A stretch of DNA of 57,637 nt from an uncultured Methanosarcinaceae archaeon (GCA_963721455.1 CAVRJG010000066.1:1-57637); one strand, 5' to 3'. Numbered from the stretch's first letter, positions 44,449 to 56,374 are shown. Notes: generated by a model from the sequence alone, not told the origin. Program-made: numbers and translations.

Positions 44449-45198
44449 ATGCTTAAGCAGAGATTTGTGCTGGATACTACAGCATTAACGGATCTGCAGA
44501 CGCGTGAGGTCATGGGCTATGTTTCCCTCTGCGAAGGAATGAAAGCGATTCTTGACCTGATAGCTGAAGCTCGCCTGCAATTCGGGATAAGTTGTTACGT
44601 ACCCTATCCGTCAGTATATAAAGAGATGCACGAATTTGCAAGCCACAATGGCTGTGACAGGGAGGTCATGGCTAAAATAGATACCTGGCTTGTAAAAAAA
44701 TCCCCTGACCGCTACAGAGTGAATGTAACTTCGCAGATCTTCCATGAATATGTAGCTTATATGCGGGAGAGGATTAACCGGGGGATGGGGGTTGCGGAGG
44801 ATGCGATATGGGAAGCAGCCACTGAATGCCTTTTTATGGAAAATCCGCAAAACAAGAAAAAAGAGTACAAGGAAGAGGTTGAAAGAGAAGTAATCGGCGG
44901 GATAATTGGCAAATTCAGGAACAAATATCGGGCTGCCCTGAGGTATGGGATTCTTGACAGTGCTCCTGATATTGATGTCCTGATTCTTGCCAAGGAGCTT
45001 GATGCTGCAGTTATTGCAAGTGATTATGGGATTGAAAAATGGGCAGAACAGCTTGGAGTTCGCTTCGTGCCTGCAAATACTTTTCCTATGATGATTAAAG
45101 AGTATCTGAAGCATCTTCCGGAAAGTGAAAAAGAGCCCGAGCCAGAAAGCGGGGACAAAAGGAAAAAAGGACCATCGGAAGAACTAGAATTCATTTAA
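44449..45198 (+). CDS. RNA-free RNase P (HARP; PIN-like 'RNA ligase partner' family)
   Basis: [17 protein letters not shown] and [24 protein letters not shown] motifs. Alternative start at 44413. Confidence 0.88.
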   Translation: MLKQRFVLDTTALTDLQTREVMGYVSLCEGMKAILDLIAEARLQFGISCYVPYPSVYKEMHEFASHNGCDREVMAKIDTWLVKKSPDRYRVNVTSQIFHEYVAYMRERINRGMGVAEDAIWEAATECLFMENPQNKKKEYKEEVEREVIGGIIGKFRNKYRAALRYGILDSAPDIDVLILAKELDAAVIASDYGIEKWAEQLGVRFVPANTFPMMIKEYLKHLPESEKEPEPESGDKRKKGPSEELEFI

Positions 45199-45307
45199 CA
45201 GGTTCAATTTCGAAGCCAGAAGCATAATCGAAGGCTTGAAGTTTAATCAGGGAAATGGCCTTCAACTGCCTGTCTCACTGAGATATAGCGTACATGCAAT
45301 ACCTATC

Positions 45308-45356
45308 ATGCCTTAAGGGTCACGCCTTTAAGGGGATTACGCCTTTAAGGGGATTT
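45308..45356 (+). repeat. Short tandem repeat (C)GCCTTTAAGGG x3 upstream of mat
   Basis: Seen directly; near-palindromic core. Confidence 0.6.
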
Positions 45357-45369
45357 GGGGGGTAAGAGT

Positions 45370-46602
45370 TTGAGAAATATAGTTATAGAAGAGTTGAAAG
45401 CATCTGAAGTTTACCGCCAGAAGGTTGAAGTTGTTGAAAGAAAAGGGCTGGGTCATCCGGACTACATCTGCGATGCCATTATGGAACAGATTTCAGTAAA
45501 CCTGAGCCAGAAGTACCTTGAAACTTTCGGGACCATCCTGCACCATAATATAGACAAAGGCATGCTCGTTGCAGGCGAAGTGGAAGGAAAATTCGGAGGA
45601 GGCAGAATAGTAAGCCCTATGAGGCTGATCATCGGGGACAGGGCAACCTTTGAAGCGCAGGGTATTGAAATCGATGTTCCTGGTCTTGCAATCAGTACGG
45701 CACAGGAATGGCTTTTAGATAATCTCCGTTTTGTGGACCCTGAAAATCTATTTTACCAGGTGGAGCTTAAAAGAGGCTCTGCAGAGTTGACTGATATTTT
45801 TTCGAGAGGAGGAGAAATACTTGGGGCAAACGATACCTCCGCAGCGGTTGGGTATGCGCCTCTCAGCCCGACAGAAAGGCTTGTTTTTGAATGCGAACGG
45901 CACCTGAATTCAAGGAAGTTCAAAAAAGAATATCCTGAATCCGGAGAAGACATAAAAGTTATGGGGCTCAGGCATAAGGAAGATATGCACCTGACAGTGG
46001 CAATGCCGCTTGTGGACATGTTTGTTGAATCTGAAGAAGACTATTTTAAAAAGAAGATAGAATTGCACGAGCAGATCGAGGAATTCGCTACCGGGTTTGC
46101 AGAAAAAGAAAGAGCAGAATTTGAAGGCTGTATGTGTTTAAAGCCCACTGCTTCCCTGAATACGCTGGATATGCCGGGCAGGGGACTACAGGGAATTTAC
46201 ACTACTGTAACCGGCACATCCGCAGAAGACGCAGACTGCGGGCAGGTAGGGCGTGGGAACCGTGTAAACGGGATAATTCCCTTAAACCGCCCTGTAAGCA
46301 GTGAAGCCGCGGCAGGGAAAAATCCCGTAAGCCACATAGGAAAGATCTACAATCTTCTTTCCCACAGAATTGCAGCCCGGATCTACAGGCAGGTGCCTGA
46401 CGTCTCAGAAGTTTACGTCTGGCTTTTGAGTGAAATCGGGACTCCGATTGACCAGCCCCAGATTGCAACTGCCCATCTCATAATGAAAAAAGGATCTTTA
46501 AGCGAAGTAGAAAAAGAAGCAGCTGAGATAATAGAAAAAGAGCTTGAGAATATACATGCCTTCTCAATGGAACTGGCTGCAGGGAAAGTTTCTATCTGCT
46601 GA
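45370..46602 (+). CDS. mat: Archaeal S-adenosylmethionine synthetase
   Basis: [31 protein letters not shown] and AGKNPVSH motifs. Confidence 0.95.
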   Translation: MRNIVIEELKASEVYRQKVEVVERKGLGHPDYICDAIMEQISVNLSQKYLETFGTILHHNIDKGMLVAGEVEGKFGGGRIVSPMRLIIGDRATFEAQGIEIDVPGLAISTAQEWLLDNLRFVDPENLFYQVELKRGSAELTDIFSRGGEILGANDTSAAVGYAPLSPTERLVFECERHLNSRKFKKEYPESGEDIKVMGLRHKEDMHLTVAMPLVDMFVESEEDYFKKKIELHEQIEEFATGFAEKERAEFEGCMCLKPTASLNTLDMPGRGLQGIYTTVTGTSAEDADCGQVGRGNRVNGIIPLNRPVSSEAAAGKNPVSHIGKIYNLLSHRIAARIYRQVPDVSEVYVWLLSEIGTPIDQPQIATAHLIMKKGSLSEVEKEAAEIIEKELENIHAFSMELAAGKVSIC

Positions 46603-46707
46603 AAGTGCAGTTTTTGAAAAGGTCCTCTAAATCATAAAGCCTGAACCGGAAGGAATCGGCCGGATGAGAATTATGAAGGAATGACCAGAGATTTAGCCGG
46701 GGAGAGT

Positions 46708-47577
46708 TTACACCCCGGCAATGAAAGCGAGAAGAGCAAAGAACATTGCGATTTTGAACATTTTCGAAGATTTCGTAGGATTGTTGCGAGCAAGGATCTG
46801 GTGAATGGCTGCAAGAAACCCCAGGTCTGCCAGAAGGACAAGATAGAGATAACGCAGGCCAAGTACCGACATAAGGTAAGGAAGAGGGCTCAAAAACACA
46901 GCAAGAAACCCTATAAGCACTGCAAGATAGCTTGCTTTTTTCGCTCCGACCCTGAGAGGCAGGGTATCTGCCCCTTCTATTTTATCCCCTTCCATGTCCT
47001 CGATGTCCTTTACGATTTCCCTGGCCGTAATCGCAAGGGCTGCAAGCAAGAAAAGTACGAAAAGAGCTTCAAGCCCTTTAAATCCGAAAACAGAGGCTCC
47101 GAACAAAAAACTGGAACCTGTAAGGTAGCCTATGCTCAGGTTTCCTAAAAGAGGGGTACCTTTGAGAGTTTTTGCATAGAAGATAAGCAGCAGAGAGTTA
47201 AAAAGGGCAATAGCCCCGCAAATCGGGTTAATTGAAAAAGCAAGAAGAGTACCCAGGGCAAACAGTAAATAAGAAAAATAAAGGGCTTCCTTTAACTTTA
47301 CCCTTCCGGAGGGGATAGGTCTCTCAGGACGATTGATGGAGTCTATCCGGATGTCAAAATAGTCATTAACGGTATTTCCTGCACCTGAAATCAGGAATAC
47401 GGCCAGAAATACCAGGCCTGAATCAAAGAAAGGAAATTTACCAGGGCTATAAATACTCAGGGCATCGGATGCCAGGATGTTAAAAGCTATCAGTGTTCCG
47501 ATTATGGCTGCGAAACCCGCCATCAGGCAGTTTCCATATCTCATCAGTTCCAGGTATGTGCGTACTCCTGCAGACAT
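46708..47577 (-). CDS. Digeranylgeranylglyceryl phosphate synthase (UbiA family)
   Basis: [19 protein letters not shown] and [13 protein letters not shown] motifs; multi-TM. Confidence 0.9.
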   Translation of the reverse strand: MSAGVRTYLELMRYGNCLMAGFAAIIGTLIAFNILASDALSIYSPGKFPFFDSGLVFLAVFLISGAGNTVNDYFDIRIDSINRPERPIPSGRVKLKEALYFSYLLFALGTLLAFSINPICGAIALFNSLLLIFYAKTLKGTPLLGNLSIGYLTGSSFLFGASVFGFKGLEALFVLFLLAALAITAREIVKDIEDMEGDKIEGADTLPLRVGAKKASYLAVLIGFLAVFLSPLPYLMSVLGLRYLYLVLLADLGFLAAIHQILARNNPTKSSKMFKIAMFFALLAFIAGV

Positions 47578-47736
47578 CAGAACAAAGCAGCGTTATAAAG
47601 TATTAAAAGTATCGGATTTTTCAAAAATATGGATTTTTGTTTTCCGTGGTTATAAGATATTCAGTGAGTTTTACGGTGCTCGCGATGATGATCCACATCG
47701 TAATTTCCCAAAATTTTGAACGTATTGATTTATTTA

Positions 47737-47914
47737 GGCTCTTCGCCGTTTCGAGTGGGTAATTTACATCCATTTCTAACTATGGAAGTAGCATGCATAA
47801 AATTTAAAAACGTTTGTTGTTGAAAATCACAGTCAAGCTCGATGTTTTTCATTTTGGCCGGACAATTGTCTAACTAAGCAATTATTTTCAACCCATACAA
47901 AACAGCGAAGAGCC
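47737..47914. mobile_element. 178-bp MITE with an 8-bp target-site duplication
   Basis: TIRs GGCTCTTCGCCGTTT / AAACAGCGAAGAGCC; TTTATTTA on both sides. Confidence 0.88.
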
Positions 47915-48340
47915 TTTATTTAATTAGTCGCGTGATGCAACAGGAACTTGCATACTTGCATACACGGATATCGAATAAAAGGAAATTTATAGAACTTTCA
48001 GGTAACATATTATTAAAAGGATAATATTAAGTAAGAAAAAGTTTTATATTTTGCCGTTTTCCCTTGTGAGACCTATTTAAGGGTTAAACAGTTTCAACAG
48101 AAAGGCAGACATATCCAACGTGACCCCCTGATACTTGAATCTAAGTCTGTTTCTGTCCTGAGAAGATTAGGAATACTGACATGGAAAAAAGAATAATGCC
48201 CCGACTAAGAATTTATTGGAAAAATCTACTCAAATTAAAATCCCAAATTTTATTTTGATGAATTATATGATTAGTTGTCAATAACTTACTGATGTACCGG
48301 AGATTTCTATTTACGGACGTGTGGGCGGAGGCCAATAAAA

Positions 48341-49977
48341 ATGAAAGCCGACTTTTTTAGTTCTTTAATTTACATATTATTGATAATGCTAATAATCCCT
48401 GGAATGACTCCCGACATGGCATCTGCTGTAGATGGAGAGCCAGGAGACAGTGGAAGTTTAGATAGCGGAAGCTCAGACAGCGGAAGTTCAGATACAGGAG
48501 ACTCAGTTTCAGATACAGATACAGGTTCAGATACAGATTCAGATACAGGTTCAGAAACAGATACAGGTTCAGAAACAGATACAGGTTCAGAAACAGATAC
48601 AGGTTCAGAAACAGATACAGGTTCAGAAACAGATACAGGTTCAGATACAGATTTAGATACAGGTTCAGAAACAGATTTAGATACAGGTTCAGAAACAGAT
48701 ACAGGTTCAGAAACAGATACAGGTTCAGAAACAGATACAGGTTCAGATTCAGATACAGGTTCAGACACAGATACAGGTTCAGATACAGATTTAGATACAG
48801 GTTCAGAAACAGGTTCAGATACAGATTTAGATACAGGTTCAGATACAGGTTCAGATACAGATTCAGACACAGATTCAGACACAGATTCAGACACAGATTC
48901 AGACACGGATTCAGACACAGGTGCAGACACAGGTGCAGACACAGGTGCAGACACAGGTGCAGATTCAGATAATGGGAATTCAGGCGCAGGAAATTCAGAT
49001 ACCGTAATTTCAAATAACTCAGGCGCAGGAAATTCGGACACTGTAGGTTCAGATACCGAAATTTTAGATAGCGGAAAAAGTAGAGAAAACGGGAGTTCAA
49101 CTTCTTCTTTTAGTAATTCATCTTCTTCTAGTAATTCATCTTCTTCTAGTAATTCATCTTCTTCTAGTAATTCATCTTCTTCTAGTAATTCATCTTCTTC
49201 TAATTCGTCTCTTCTAGTAATTCATCTTCTTCTAGTAATTCATCTTCTTCTAACGGTTCGTCCTCTTCTAGCAGTTCGGGAATCGGCATCGTTTCGAGAG
49301 AGCCAGCCAACAATATCTATGCCAGGGAGCTTGTCACCAGGAGTGTTATGGGTGGTTATCCAGTCAGATTCGATTTCGTGGAAGATGCCACATGTATAAC
49401 ATATATTGAATACGATGCAATAAGGACATTTAGGAAAACAACAACAACTGTAGAAGTACTCAAGAATAAATCTATGTTAGTTCCAGAACTACCTGCTGGC
49501 AGAATATATAAGCACATGAATGTCTGGGTAGGCGATAAAGGAGCAGGGCTTCCTACTTCCCTTAAGAATGGATTTATAGAGTTCAGAGTTGAAAAAGCGT
49601 GGATTGAAGGTCAGAATGTCAATGAATCCCTGGTAACCCTTCAATGGTACGATAAAGGTTGGCAGCCTCTTTACACGGAAAAAGTTAGAGAAGACGAGAA
49701 TTACGTTTATTTTAAAGCGGAAACGCCTGGCTTCTCCTTCTTTGCAATAACGGAATATACCGGACAGAAAGAAAAAGAGGAAATTAGGGGAGCAGACAAA
49801 ATACCGGAAACTCTGAGAAGTTTGGGAGTCGAAGGAAGGGCGGCCCTGAACGGAAGTGCAGAAAGAGGGAACAGTAGAATAAAGGACCCCATAGGGGCAG
49901 CTAGGATACTTATGACAATTTCTCTGCCGCTGTTTATGATCCTTGTAGGATACTGTTTGTTGAAGAAAAAAATCTGA
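48341..49977 (+). CDS. Secreted PGF-pre-PGF domain surface protein with a long S/D/T/G repeat stalk (frameshift at ~49210)
   Basis: Signal peptide; TDTGSE and SNSSSS repeats; after the shift EPANNI.., YKHMNVWVG, IEFRVEK, AETPGFSFFAIT; C-terminal TM plus KKK. Confidence 0.85.
48460..49275 (+). repeat. Intragenic tandem repeats (ACAGATACAGGTTCAGAA-type and AGTAATTCATCTTCTTCT-type)
   Basis: Seen directly; 12-, 18-, 21- and 24-nt unit variants. Confidence 0.92.
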
Positions 49978-50129
49978 AAAAGAATTAGTTTAACATGAAA
50001 CCGGGTGGGGCTCTGTTCCTCGCCTACCCCTAACTATTTTTCTCATAATTGTGATTATACCACTAATTATGGTTATATATTCATCAACCGAGAATTAACT
50101 TATAAAAAGTACAAAGTATAGTCTAAAGA

Positions 50130-50370
50130 AAATAGTCTGCTTGAGCGAGCGAAGCGAGTGAAACGGACAGCGTACTCCCGAGGCGCAATTCGGGCGAGGC
50201 GCAATTCGGGCGGAAAAACCGAACATTATAAATTAGTCCTCTCGAGCGCAGCGAGAAGGACATCGTGCTCCCGAAGCGAAACTCGGGAAGGACATCGTGC
50301 TCCCGAAGCGAAACTCGGGAAGGACAGCGTACTGCAGAGCCGCAACTCTGCTGGCGAAACTCGGGAAGTG
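50130..50370 (+). repeat. REP-like interspersed palindromic repeat cluster
   Basis: GAGCGAAGCGAG lead-in; 32-bp unit GAAGGACATCGTGCTCCCGAAGCGAAACTCGG x2 plus partial copies, each with a CCCGA..TCGGG hairpin. Confidence 0.8.
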
Positions 50371-50408
50371 AAACGCGGCAACCAGCAAGTTGTAAAGCAT
50401 TCGGGTGC

Positions 50409-51323
50409 TTATCGGATTTTTACTGCGAGCATTCGGTCAAGAGCTTCTTTTGCCCTGGCCCTCACGTCTTCGGGGACAGTCACTATATGCTTCATTTTAT
50501 CAAGAGAAATCAGGATTTTTTCAAGATTGACCATTTTCATGCTCGGGCAGCAGGCAAACTCTGAGATGCAGTAATATGTCTTTTCAGGAGCTGCCTTAAG
50601 GAGCCCGTGGATTAGTCCGCATTCCGTACCTATAATGAACTCCTTTGCAGGAGAGTTTTTTGCGTACATTATCATTCCTCGCGTGCTTGCTATGTAGTCT
50701 GCGAGTTCGAGAACCTCGGGACGGCACTCGGGATGCGCAATGAACCTGGCTCCTGGGTGTTTTTCCTTCATTTCCAGGACATCTTCTCTCAGGATCTGGT
50801 GGTGTGTGGGGCAGTGCCCTTCCCAGGGGATAACTTTTTTGTCAGTCCGGGCTGCAACATAAGCAGCCAGGTTCTTGTCAGGCACGAAGATGACCTCGTC
50901 TGCTTCCAGGGAGTTTACTACCTCCACGGCATTGGCGGAGGTACAGCAGATGTAAGACTCGGCCTTGATAGCCGCCGAGCTGTTCACATAGCAGACAACC
51001 AGGGCATCAGGATGTTTTTCTTTTTCTCTCTTAAGGCCTTCTACACTCACCATGTCGGCCATAGGGCAGGTGGCATCGATTTCCGGCAGGAGGACGGTCT
51101 TGTCAGGACAGAGAATTGCAGCGCTTTCCCCCATAAAGTGGACACCGCAAAAAACAATAACATCAGCACCCTGACGGACAGCTTCCTGGCTCAGGCCGAG
51201 AGAGTCTCCTACAAAATCCGCAATGTCCTGAACTTCAGGACGGGAATAATAATGAGCAAGAATAACTGCATTCCTTTTTAGCTTGAGTTCTTTGATCCTT
51301 TCTATAAGCTCTGCTTGCTGCAT
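50409..51323 (-). CDS. nadA: Quinolinate synthase
   Basis: LAHYY, GDSLGL, FCGVHFM, CTSAN and HPEC motifs. Confidence 0.96.
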   Translation of the reverse strand: MQQAELIERIKELKLKRNAVILAHYYSRPEVQDIADFVGDSLGLSQEAVRQGADVIVFCGVHFMGESAAILCPDKTVLLPEIDATCPMADMVSVEGLKREKEKHPDALVVCYVNSSAAIKAESYICCTSANAVEVVNSLEADEVIFVPDKNLAAYVAARTDKKVIPWEGHCPTHHQILREDVLEMKEKHPGARFIAHPECRPEVLELADYIASTRGMIMYAKNSPAKEFIIGTECGLIHGLLKAAPEKTYYCISEFACCPSMKMVNLEKILISLDKMKHIVTVPEDVRARAKEALDRMLAVKIR

Positions 51324-51569
51324 GGGACCACCTTAAATTTTTGAAATAAGATCCGGATGTGATTTGGATATGAGATTAATAAGGTCAAGATAAGGCAATT
51401 AACTTTAGCTGACTAACGTAAAAGAATTTCAATACAATTTAACACAAAGGCACGTTGAACGTAAAAAGAGTGCAACAAAGAGAATTACACCCAGCACGCT
51501 CTTTTTGCACACATGCCATCTGCTCCTGAGAACGTACCTTCTTAACTCTCCCGCACTATATAATATTTG

Positions 51570-51645
51570 TGAGCATCCCGAGTCCCGTCTCGGGAGGACG
51601 GTGCCCTTTTCGCTACGCTCCGCTTCGCTCAAGAGGGCTTATTTA
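51570..51645 (-). repeat. REP-like repeat, same family as 50130-50370, in inverted orientation
   Basis: Reverse complement reads TTGAGCGAAGCGGAGCG..GGGCACCGTCCTCCCGAG..CTCGGG. Confidence 0.7.
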
Positions 51646-51843
51646 TGGGCAAGAATGATTACTTTTTTCAACTAGCTCAAGCGGACTAATTTGCAAAGTT
51701 ACAGCTTTTCCGTGTCTACCGTGCTTTCCGTGGTTATCTTTCCGTGGTTATAGAAGATGAAAGGAGTTAGTCAAGAACATTGAAGTCTTAACTATAAATG
51801 GAAAAATAAGGCGGCAGGTTAGCTGCACAGCCTTCCTGTCACT

Positions 51844-52659
51844 TCAGGTTCCGACCTGGACAGGACTCAGAATCTTTTTCAGGGTGGAAATTGCAGAAAG
51901 GGCTGCAAGGTAGCTGGTTTTAGGGTTTTCCGGAGAGGGGAGATTTTCGACTCTTGTGAAAAATTTGCCGAATTTTCCTTCTACAGTAATCTCATGTACG
52001 TTTCTGGACAGGGCAGGGTCGGCAATGACTCTCACCTTCGTCCGCTCAAAGCCTATGCCTGCAAGGCTTATTGTGGCTGCTACGTTTACATTTGCAGGAA
52101 AGGCTTTGACCGCGTCTGAGGCAGGGCCTTCAAAAAGCAGGGTTTCTTTTTCGATCTTTTCGAGTTCGATTCCCAGAGCTGTAACATGTGGGGCCCCTGC
52201 GAGCCCTGAAGGCGGTTTTCTGGTAGTAAGGGTAACTGATGAGATTTCCGCTGCTGACGCGGAATTTATTCCATCGATACCAACAACTGCGCCTGAAGGG
52301 AAATATAGCTTGCAGTTATTCTGCTGTGCAAGTCTGAAGAGCCTTTCTCTGAGTTCTTCGTCCGCAAGCGCACCTACGCTGAGAACCATCACATCGCGCC
52401 CTGCTTCAAGGGCCTGCGGGACTATGAGCCTGACAGCGTTTTGAGAGGCACTTTCTATAACGAGATCCACACTACGCAATAATTCTTCGATCTTCATACA
52501 GGCAGGACTGCACCTCTTCAGGGAAGCTGCAAGTTCAAGGACCTTGCTCTCAGACGAATCAGAGAGAGCATACAGCTCCGCATTAATAGCCCCGTCATCA
52601 ATAGCCCTGCAAATCTGTCCGCCAATAAATCCGCAACCAATAATTCCTATTTTCAGCAT
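51844..52659 (-). CDS. nadX: L-aspartate dehydrogenase
   Basis: GIIGCGFIG, ESAS, SVGAL, PSGA, FPANVNVAA and NPKTS motifs. Confidence 0.93.
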   Translation of the reverse strand: MLKIGIIGCGFIGGQICRAIDDGAINAELYALSDSSESKVLELAASLKRCSPACMKIEELLRSVDLVIESASQNAVRLIVPQALEAGRDVMVLSVGALADEELRERLFRLAQQNNCKLYFPSGAVVGIDGINSASAAEISSVTLTTRKPPSGLAGAPHVTALGIELEKIEKETLLFEGPASDAVKAFPANVNVAATISLAGIGFERTKVRVIADPALSRNVHEITVEGKFGKFFTRVENLPSPENPKTSYLAALSAISTLKKILSPVQVGT

Positions 52660-53244
52660 TCCAGACTCCTGATAAATAGTCAATAATTTGATCATTATTT
52701 TTATCATTACTTTTAGCACCAGGCTTCATAAGCCCGAGGACCGGGATACTGTATTCTATTCCCTCTCTTTAAATCTTCTGTTGGATTTCTTTTTTTACCG
52801 GAAAAATGCTCTTACTCTTTTTACCCCTTTTACGGCAATATAAAATGTAACAGCAAAAATATCGATAAGGCTCTTCGACTGGTTGATGACTTATCAGTTA
52901 TATTTTCTTGTTCGGTTGTATCTGTTTTCCAGTCCGACCTGCGCTACGGTGGCAGATTACAATAAACTTGAAAAATGGTAGGCAGAATACGGATACGCAG
53001 ACGTAGCGAAAAATCTTAACTTATTAATGTTGGACCATCTTTTCAATTTCGTTTCAAATACTTCCAGGTCTTTCCAATTTCAGCAGCCGCTTTTTATTAT
53101 GTTTTTTCAAGCCTCCGGTACGTTCCATAAATTCATTGGAATCCATAAAAATAATTCACTTTTGTAAAAAAACTTATCGATAAATTTGGAAAACTATTTA
53201 TTAAGTAACAATATCTTAAAATTCAGAAAGGAGATTGAATAACT

Positions 53245-53637
53245 ATGTTTGAGTTAAAAGTTGTTACCCATTTTGCAGCCGCCCATCAGCTTAAGATGGT
53301 AGCCAAAAAATGTGAGAACCTTCACGGGCACAACTGGAAGATCGAAGTTTGTGTGGCTGGAGAAACCCTCAATGATGCCGGAGTACTGGTGGACTTTGGA
53401 GAGTTAAAGCAGAATGTATCCGAAATCATGACAAGGCTGGATCACAATTTTTTAAATGAACTCGATTACTTTGATGACCACACTCCACCGTCTTCGGAAA
53501 ACATTGCCCTATATATCGCAAACTCCCTTCAAACCATGTTCAAAGATCCTAAAGTCAGGGTTACCAGTGTCACGGCCTGGGAATCGGAGAATGCCTGTGC
53601 AACATATTTGATGGTCAACCCATTTTCCCCATTTTAA
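53245..53637 (+). CDS. queD: 6-carboxy-5,6,7,8-tetrahydropterin synthase
   Basis: FAAAH, CENLHGHNW, DFGELK, LDHNFLN and SSENIA motifs. Confidence 0.92.
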   Translation: MFELKVVTHFAAAHQLKMVAKKCENLHGHNWKIEVCVAGETLNDAGVLVDFGELKQNVSEIMTRLDHNFLNELDYFDDHTPPSSENIALYIANSLQTMFKDPKVRVTSVTAWESENACATYLMVNPFSPF

Positions 53638-53819
53638 AAGATCGATCATCATTTCCTATTTGAGCAAGCAACATCATTAAAGCGTGGTTTTGGCCCTCGT
53701 TTTTCCATAATGCAGATGTGTATACTTTAAGAAAGATAATACTGGACAGAAATAGAAAAACTCAAAAATGTCCGTATATCTTATAAATTCGGGAAACATA
53801 ACATAGCGGGGTAAAAATC

Positions 53820-54644
53820 ATGTTTATCAAAGAGGTTGAAAGCTTTATAGAAGAGGATCTGGGGTACGACGACGTTTCGTGCACTATTGTACCTGACAGA
53901 CCTTCAGAAGCCGTTATTTTCACAAAAGAGGACTGCATAATTGCCGGGATTAAAGAAGCCGGATCAATCTTTTGCTATTTTGGGATTCAGGCCGAAACTA
54001 ACCTTAAAGACGGGGACCGCCTCAAAGAAGGAGATGTAATTTTCAGGCTAAAGGGAGGGGCAGTCTCCCTCCTCAGGGCAGAGAGGCTTACCCTGAATTT
54101 CCTCGGGCACCTGAGCGGGATTGCAACCCTTACCCGGGCCTGCATGGATACGGTAAGGAAACATTCGGAAACTACGAGGGTGGCATGCACCCGAAAAACC
54201 ACTCCAGGCATAAGGAAGTTCGAAAAGCTGGCTGTAGCTGCAGGCGGAGGAGATCCTCACAGGTTCAACCTTTCGGACTCAGTGATGATTAAAGACAACC
54301 ACATCAAACTGATGGGAATCGAAGCCGCAATTGAAGCAGCGAAAAAAACCGGCTTCACCCGGAAAATAGAAGTTGAGGTCGAGTCTGCAGATGACGCCGT
54401 GCTTGCTGCGAAACTCGGAGCTGATATTATCATGCTGGATAACATGCAGCCCGAAGCAGTCAGGGAAACCCTGGAGATACTTAAAGAAAAAGGGGTTAGA
54501 GAGACGGTTATTGTGGAAGCGTCCGGAGGAATTTCTCAGGCAAACCTTGACGGTTATGCAAAAACAGGGGTAGATGTCATATCTATGGGTTCCCTTATCC
54601 ATAAATCAAGATGGATAGACATCAGCCTGGAAATAACCAGTTAA
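53820..54644 (+). CDS. nadC: Quinolinate phosphoribosyltransferase
   Basis: TRKTTPG, HRFNLSD, IKDNH, EVEVES, MLDN and EASGGI motifs. Confidence 0.96.
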   Translation: MFIKEVESFIEEDLGYDDVSCTIVPDRPSEAVIFTKEDCIIAGIKEAGSIFCYFGIQAETNLKDGDRLKEGDVIFRLKGGAVSLLRAERLTLNFLGHLSGIATLTRACMDTVRKHSETTRVACTRKTTPGIRKFEKLAVAAGGGDPHRFNLSDSVMIKDNHIKLMGIEAAIEAAKKTGFTRKIEVEVESADDAVLAAKLGADIIMLDNMQPEAVRETLEILKEKGVRETVIVEASGGISQANLDGYAKTGVDVISMGSLIHKSRWIDISLEITS

Positions 54645-54677
54645 AAATCACCAGTTAAGGAAGATAAAAAGTTTAGT

Positions 54678-54795
54678 AGACTTTTTTCATTTATATTTTT
54701 TTCTTTTTATTCTTCTTTTTTTCTTTCGTTCTTTTTATTCTTCTCTTTGTTATTTTCGTTCTTCTTATTTTCCTTCTTTTTATTTTTTATTTCAA
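54678..54795 (+). terminator. Extended T-rich tract after nadC (archaeal terminator-like)
   Basis: Multiple oligo-T runs. Confidence 0.5.
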
Positions 54796-54952
54796 AGAAG
54801 AGAAAAAGAAAGGATCACAAACTATATATCTGGTTTTGTAGAAGATATTTAGGGTCAAGGGAGTAAGGTTACTGTTAAGGCGGCTTATCTAAGATATTCA
54901 GGTAATAATCTGGCGTAGAGAAGCTTATTATCAGGTCTTTGGGGTTGCAGAA

Positions 54953-56221
54953 GTGAAACTGAAAGGGATTTACATAACTATTTTGTTTGCTTTTCTCGTC
55001 CTGCTGATATCGGGCAGCACAGCATCGGCAAAAACTGCAGTATATGAGGGGGATATTGAGGAAGGACAGGCATATCAGCTTAACAATTACATAATCGAAA
55101 TCAGTGATATTTTTCCTGAAGCCAATACAGCCTCGTATTATGTGTATGAAAAGGATAAGGAAGTAGCAAATGGCCTGCTGGATGTGAACGAGAGCGTTGA
55201 GTTTGATTTTGAGGAGAAGGGTAAAGTCCAGATGCGCCTGAAGTCCGTGCATGCTGGAGGGGTATTACCCAGAGCCACGATTGAGATCACAATGTCAAAC
55301 TACAGCGCAGGAGACCTCTACGTAAATGAAGTTGTTGAAAAAGGGCGCTCTGAAGCAATTTTCGCAGGGGACCCGAAGGTTGTAATAACAAAGTCTATAG
55401 ATAAATCGAAAATCGAACTCGGAGAAGTCGTAACCGTTACGGTAAAGGCAAAGAATACCGGAAACGATACTGCAAATAACGTTTCTTTTACAGACCCGAA
55501 ACAGGAACATTTTGTCCTTGAAGAGACCACATATGAAGTTTCAGGTGCAATTCCTAAAATCGATTATGGAGAGTCGATTCCTGAGACTCTCGTTTACATA
55601 TATAAATTAAAGGCAACAGACGGAGGAACCTTTAAACTCAAAGCTGTTAATGCAAGTTACACCAACAGTGCCGGCCAGGCCTACCAATCTTCTTCTAACA
55701 CTCCTTCTATAAACGTAAGTGAAGGAAATAAGCAAAGTGCAAACGTTGAAACCGCAATGAATTTGGACGTCTCATCCGTAGAAAGAAATGGGGAAATAAC
55801 CTCAACAGTCGTCCTGAGAAACACAGGTAATGCCCCTGCGCAGGCTGTCCGCCTTGACATCCTTGTTCCTGAAGGCTTCGAATATGTGGAAGGCGGAGAA
55901 GGCGTTGAGACAGTCGACGGAAAACCCAGAATATATATTGAGACGTTGCAGCCTAATAATGACAAAGAATTCACATACACCTTAAAAGCAAAAAAAGTGG
56001 GCACTTATAACATAAGCTCCGAGCTTTCTTATGAATACAACAACGGCATAGATAAAGAAAACCTGAAGGAAAGCAATAAGTCAACCACTTCCGGCATCAA
56101 TGTGAAAGAAGGGAAGTTCGATTTCCTCTTAAAAAATCCGTTGTATATCATAATCCCTGTACTTATCCTTGCAGCCGCGGGAATCTACATATACAGAAAA
56201 CACAGGGAGTACAGGTATTAA
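54953..56221 (+). CDS. Cell-surface protein with DUF11/BatD-like Ig domains
   Basis: Signal peptide, VTVTVKAKNTG and VLRNTG repeats, C-terminal TM anchor. Confidence 0.8.
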   Translation: MKLKGIYITILFAFLVLLISGSTASAKTAVYEGDIEEGQAYQLNNYIIEISDIFPEANTASYYVYEKDKEVANGLLDVNESVEFDFEEKGKVQMRLKSVHAGGVLPRATIEITMSNYSAGDLYVNEVVEKGRSEAIFAGDPKVVITKSIDKSKIELGEVVTVTVKAKNTGNDTANNVSFTDPKQEHFVLEETTYEVSGAIPKIDYGESIPETLVYIYKLKATDGGTFKLKAVNASYTNSAGQAYQSSSNTPSINVSEGNKQSANVETAMNLDVSSVERNGEITSTVVLRNTGNAPAQAVRLDILVPEGFEYVEGGEGVETVDGKPRIYIETLQPNNDKEFTYTLKAKKVGTYNISSELSYEYNNGIDKENLKESNKSTTSGINVKEGKFDFLLKNPLYIIIPVLILAAAGIYIYRKHREYRY

Positions 56222-56374
56222 ATGGAATAGTAATTGGGTGGGAATGGAATAGTAGTTGGGTGGGATATAAGAAAAGCATTCGAGGTAAAGCCCGGGAAGT
56301 GCAACCTTGACTGAAAAACGATAAATAACTCCAGACAGGAAAATGCGGAAATACCCTTAAAATGGAGGAGTTTT

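Noticed and set aside
44449-45198. HARP as a novel finding
   Set aside because: Protein-only RNase P homologues are already established in methanogenic archaea.
48357-49100. Long antisense ORFs (LNLYL and SEPVS repeats)
   Set aside because: Shadow frames of the tandem repeat in the plus-strand surface protein.
50240-50370. 32-bp repeats as a CRISPR array
   Set aside because: Units are directly adjacent with no unique spacers, and there are no cas genes in the window.
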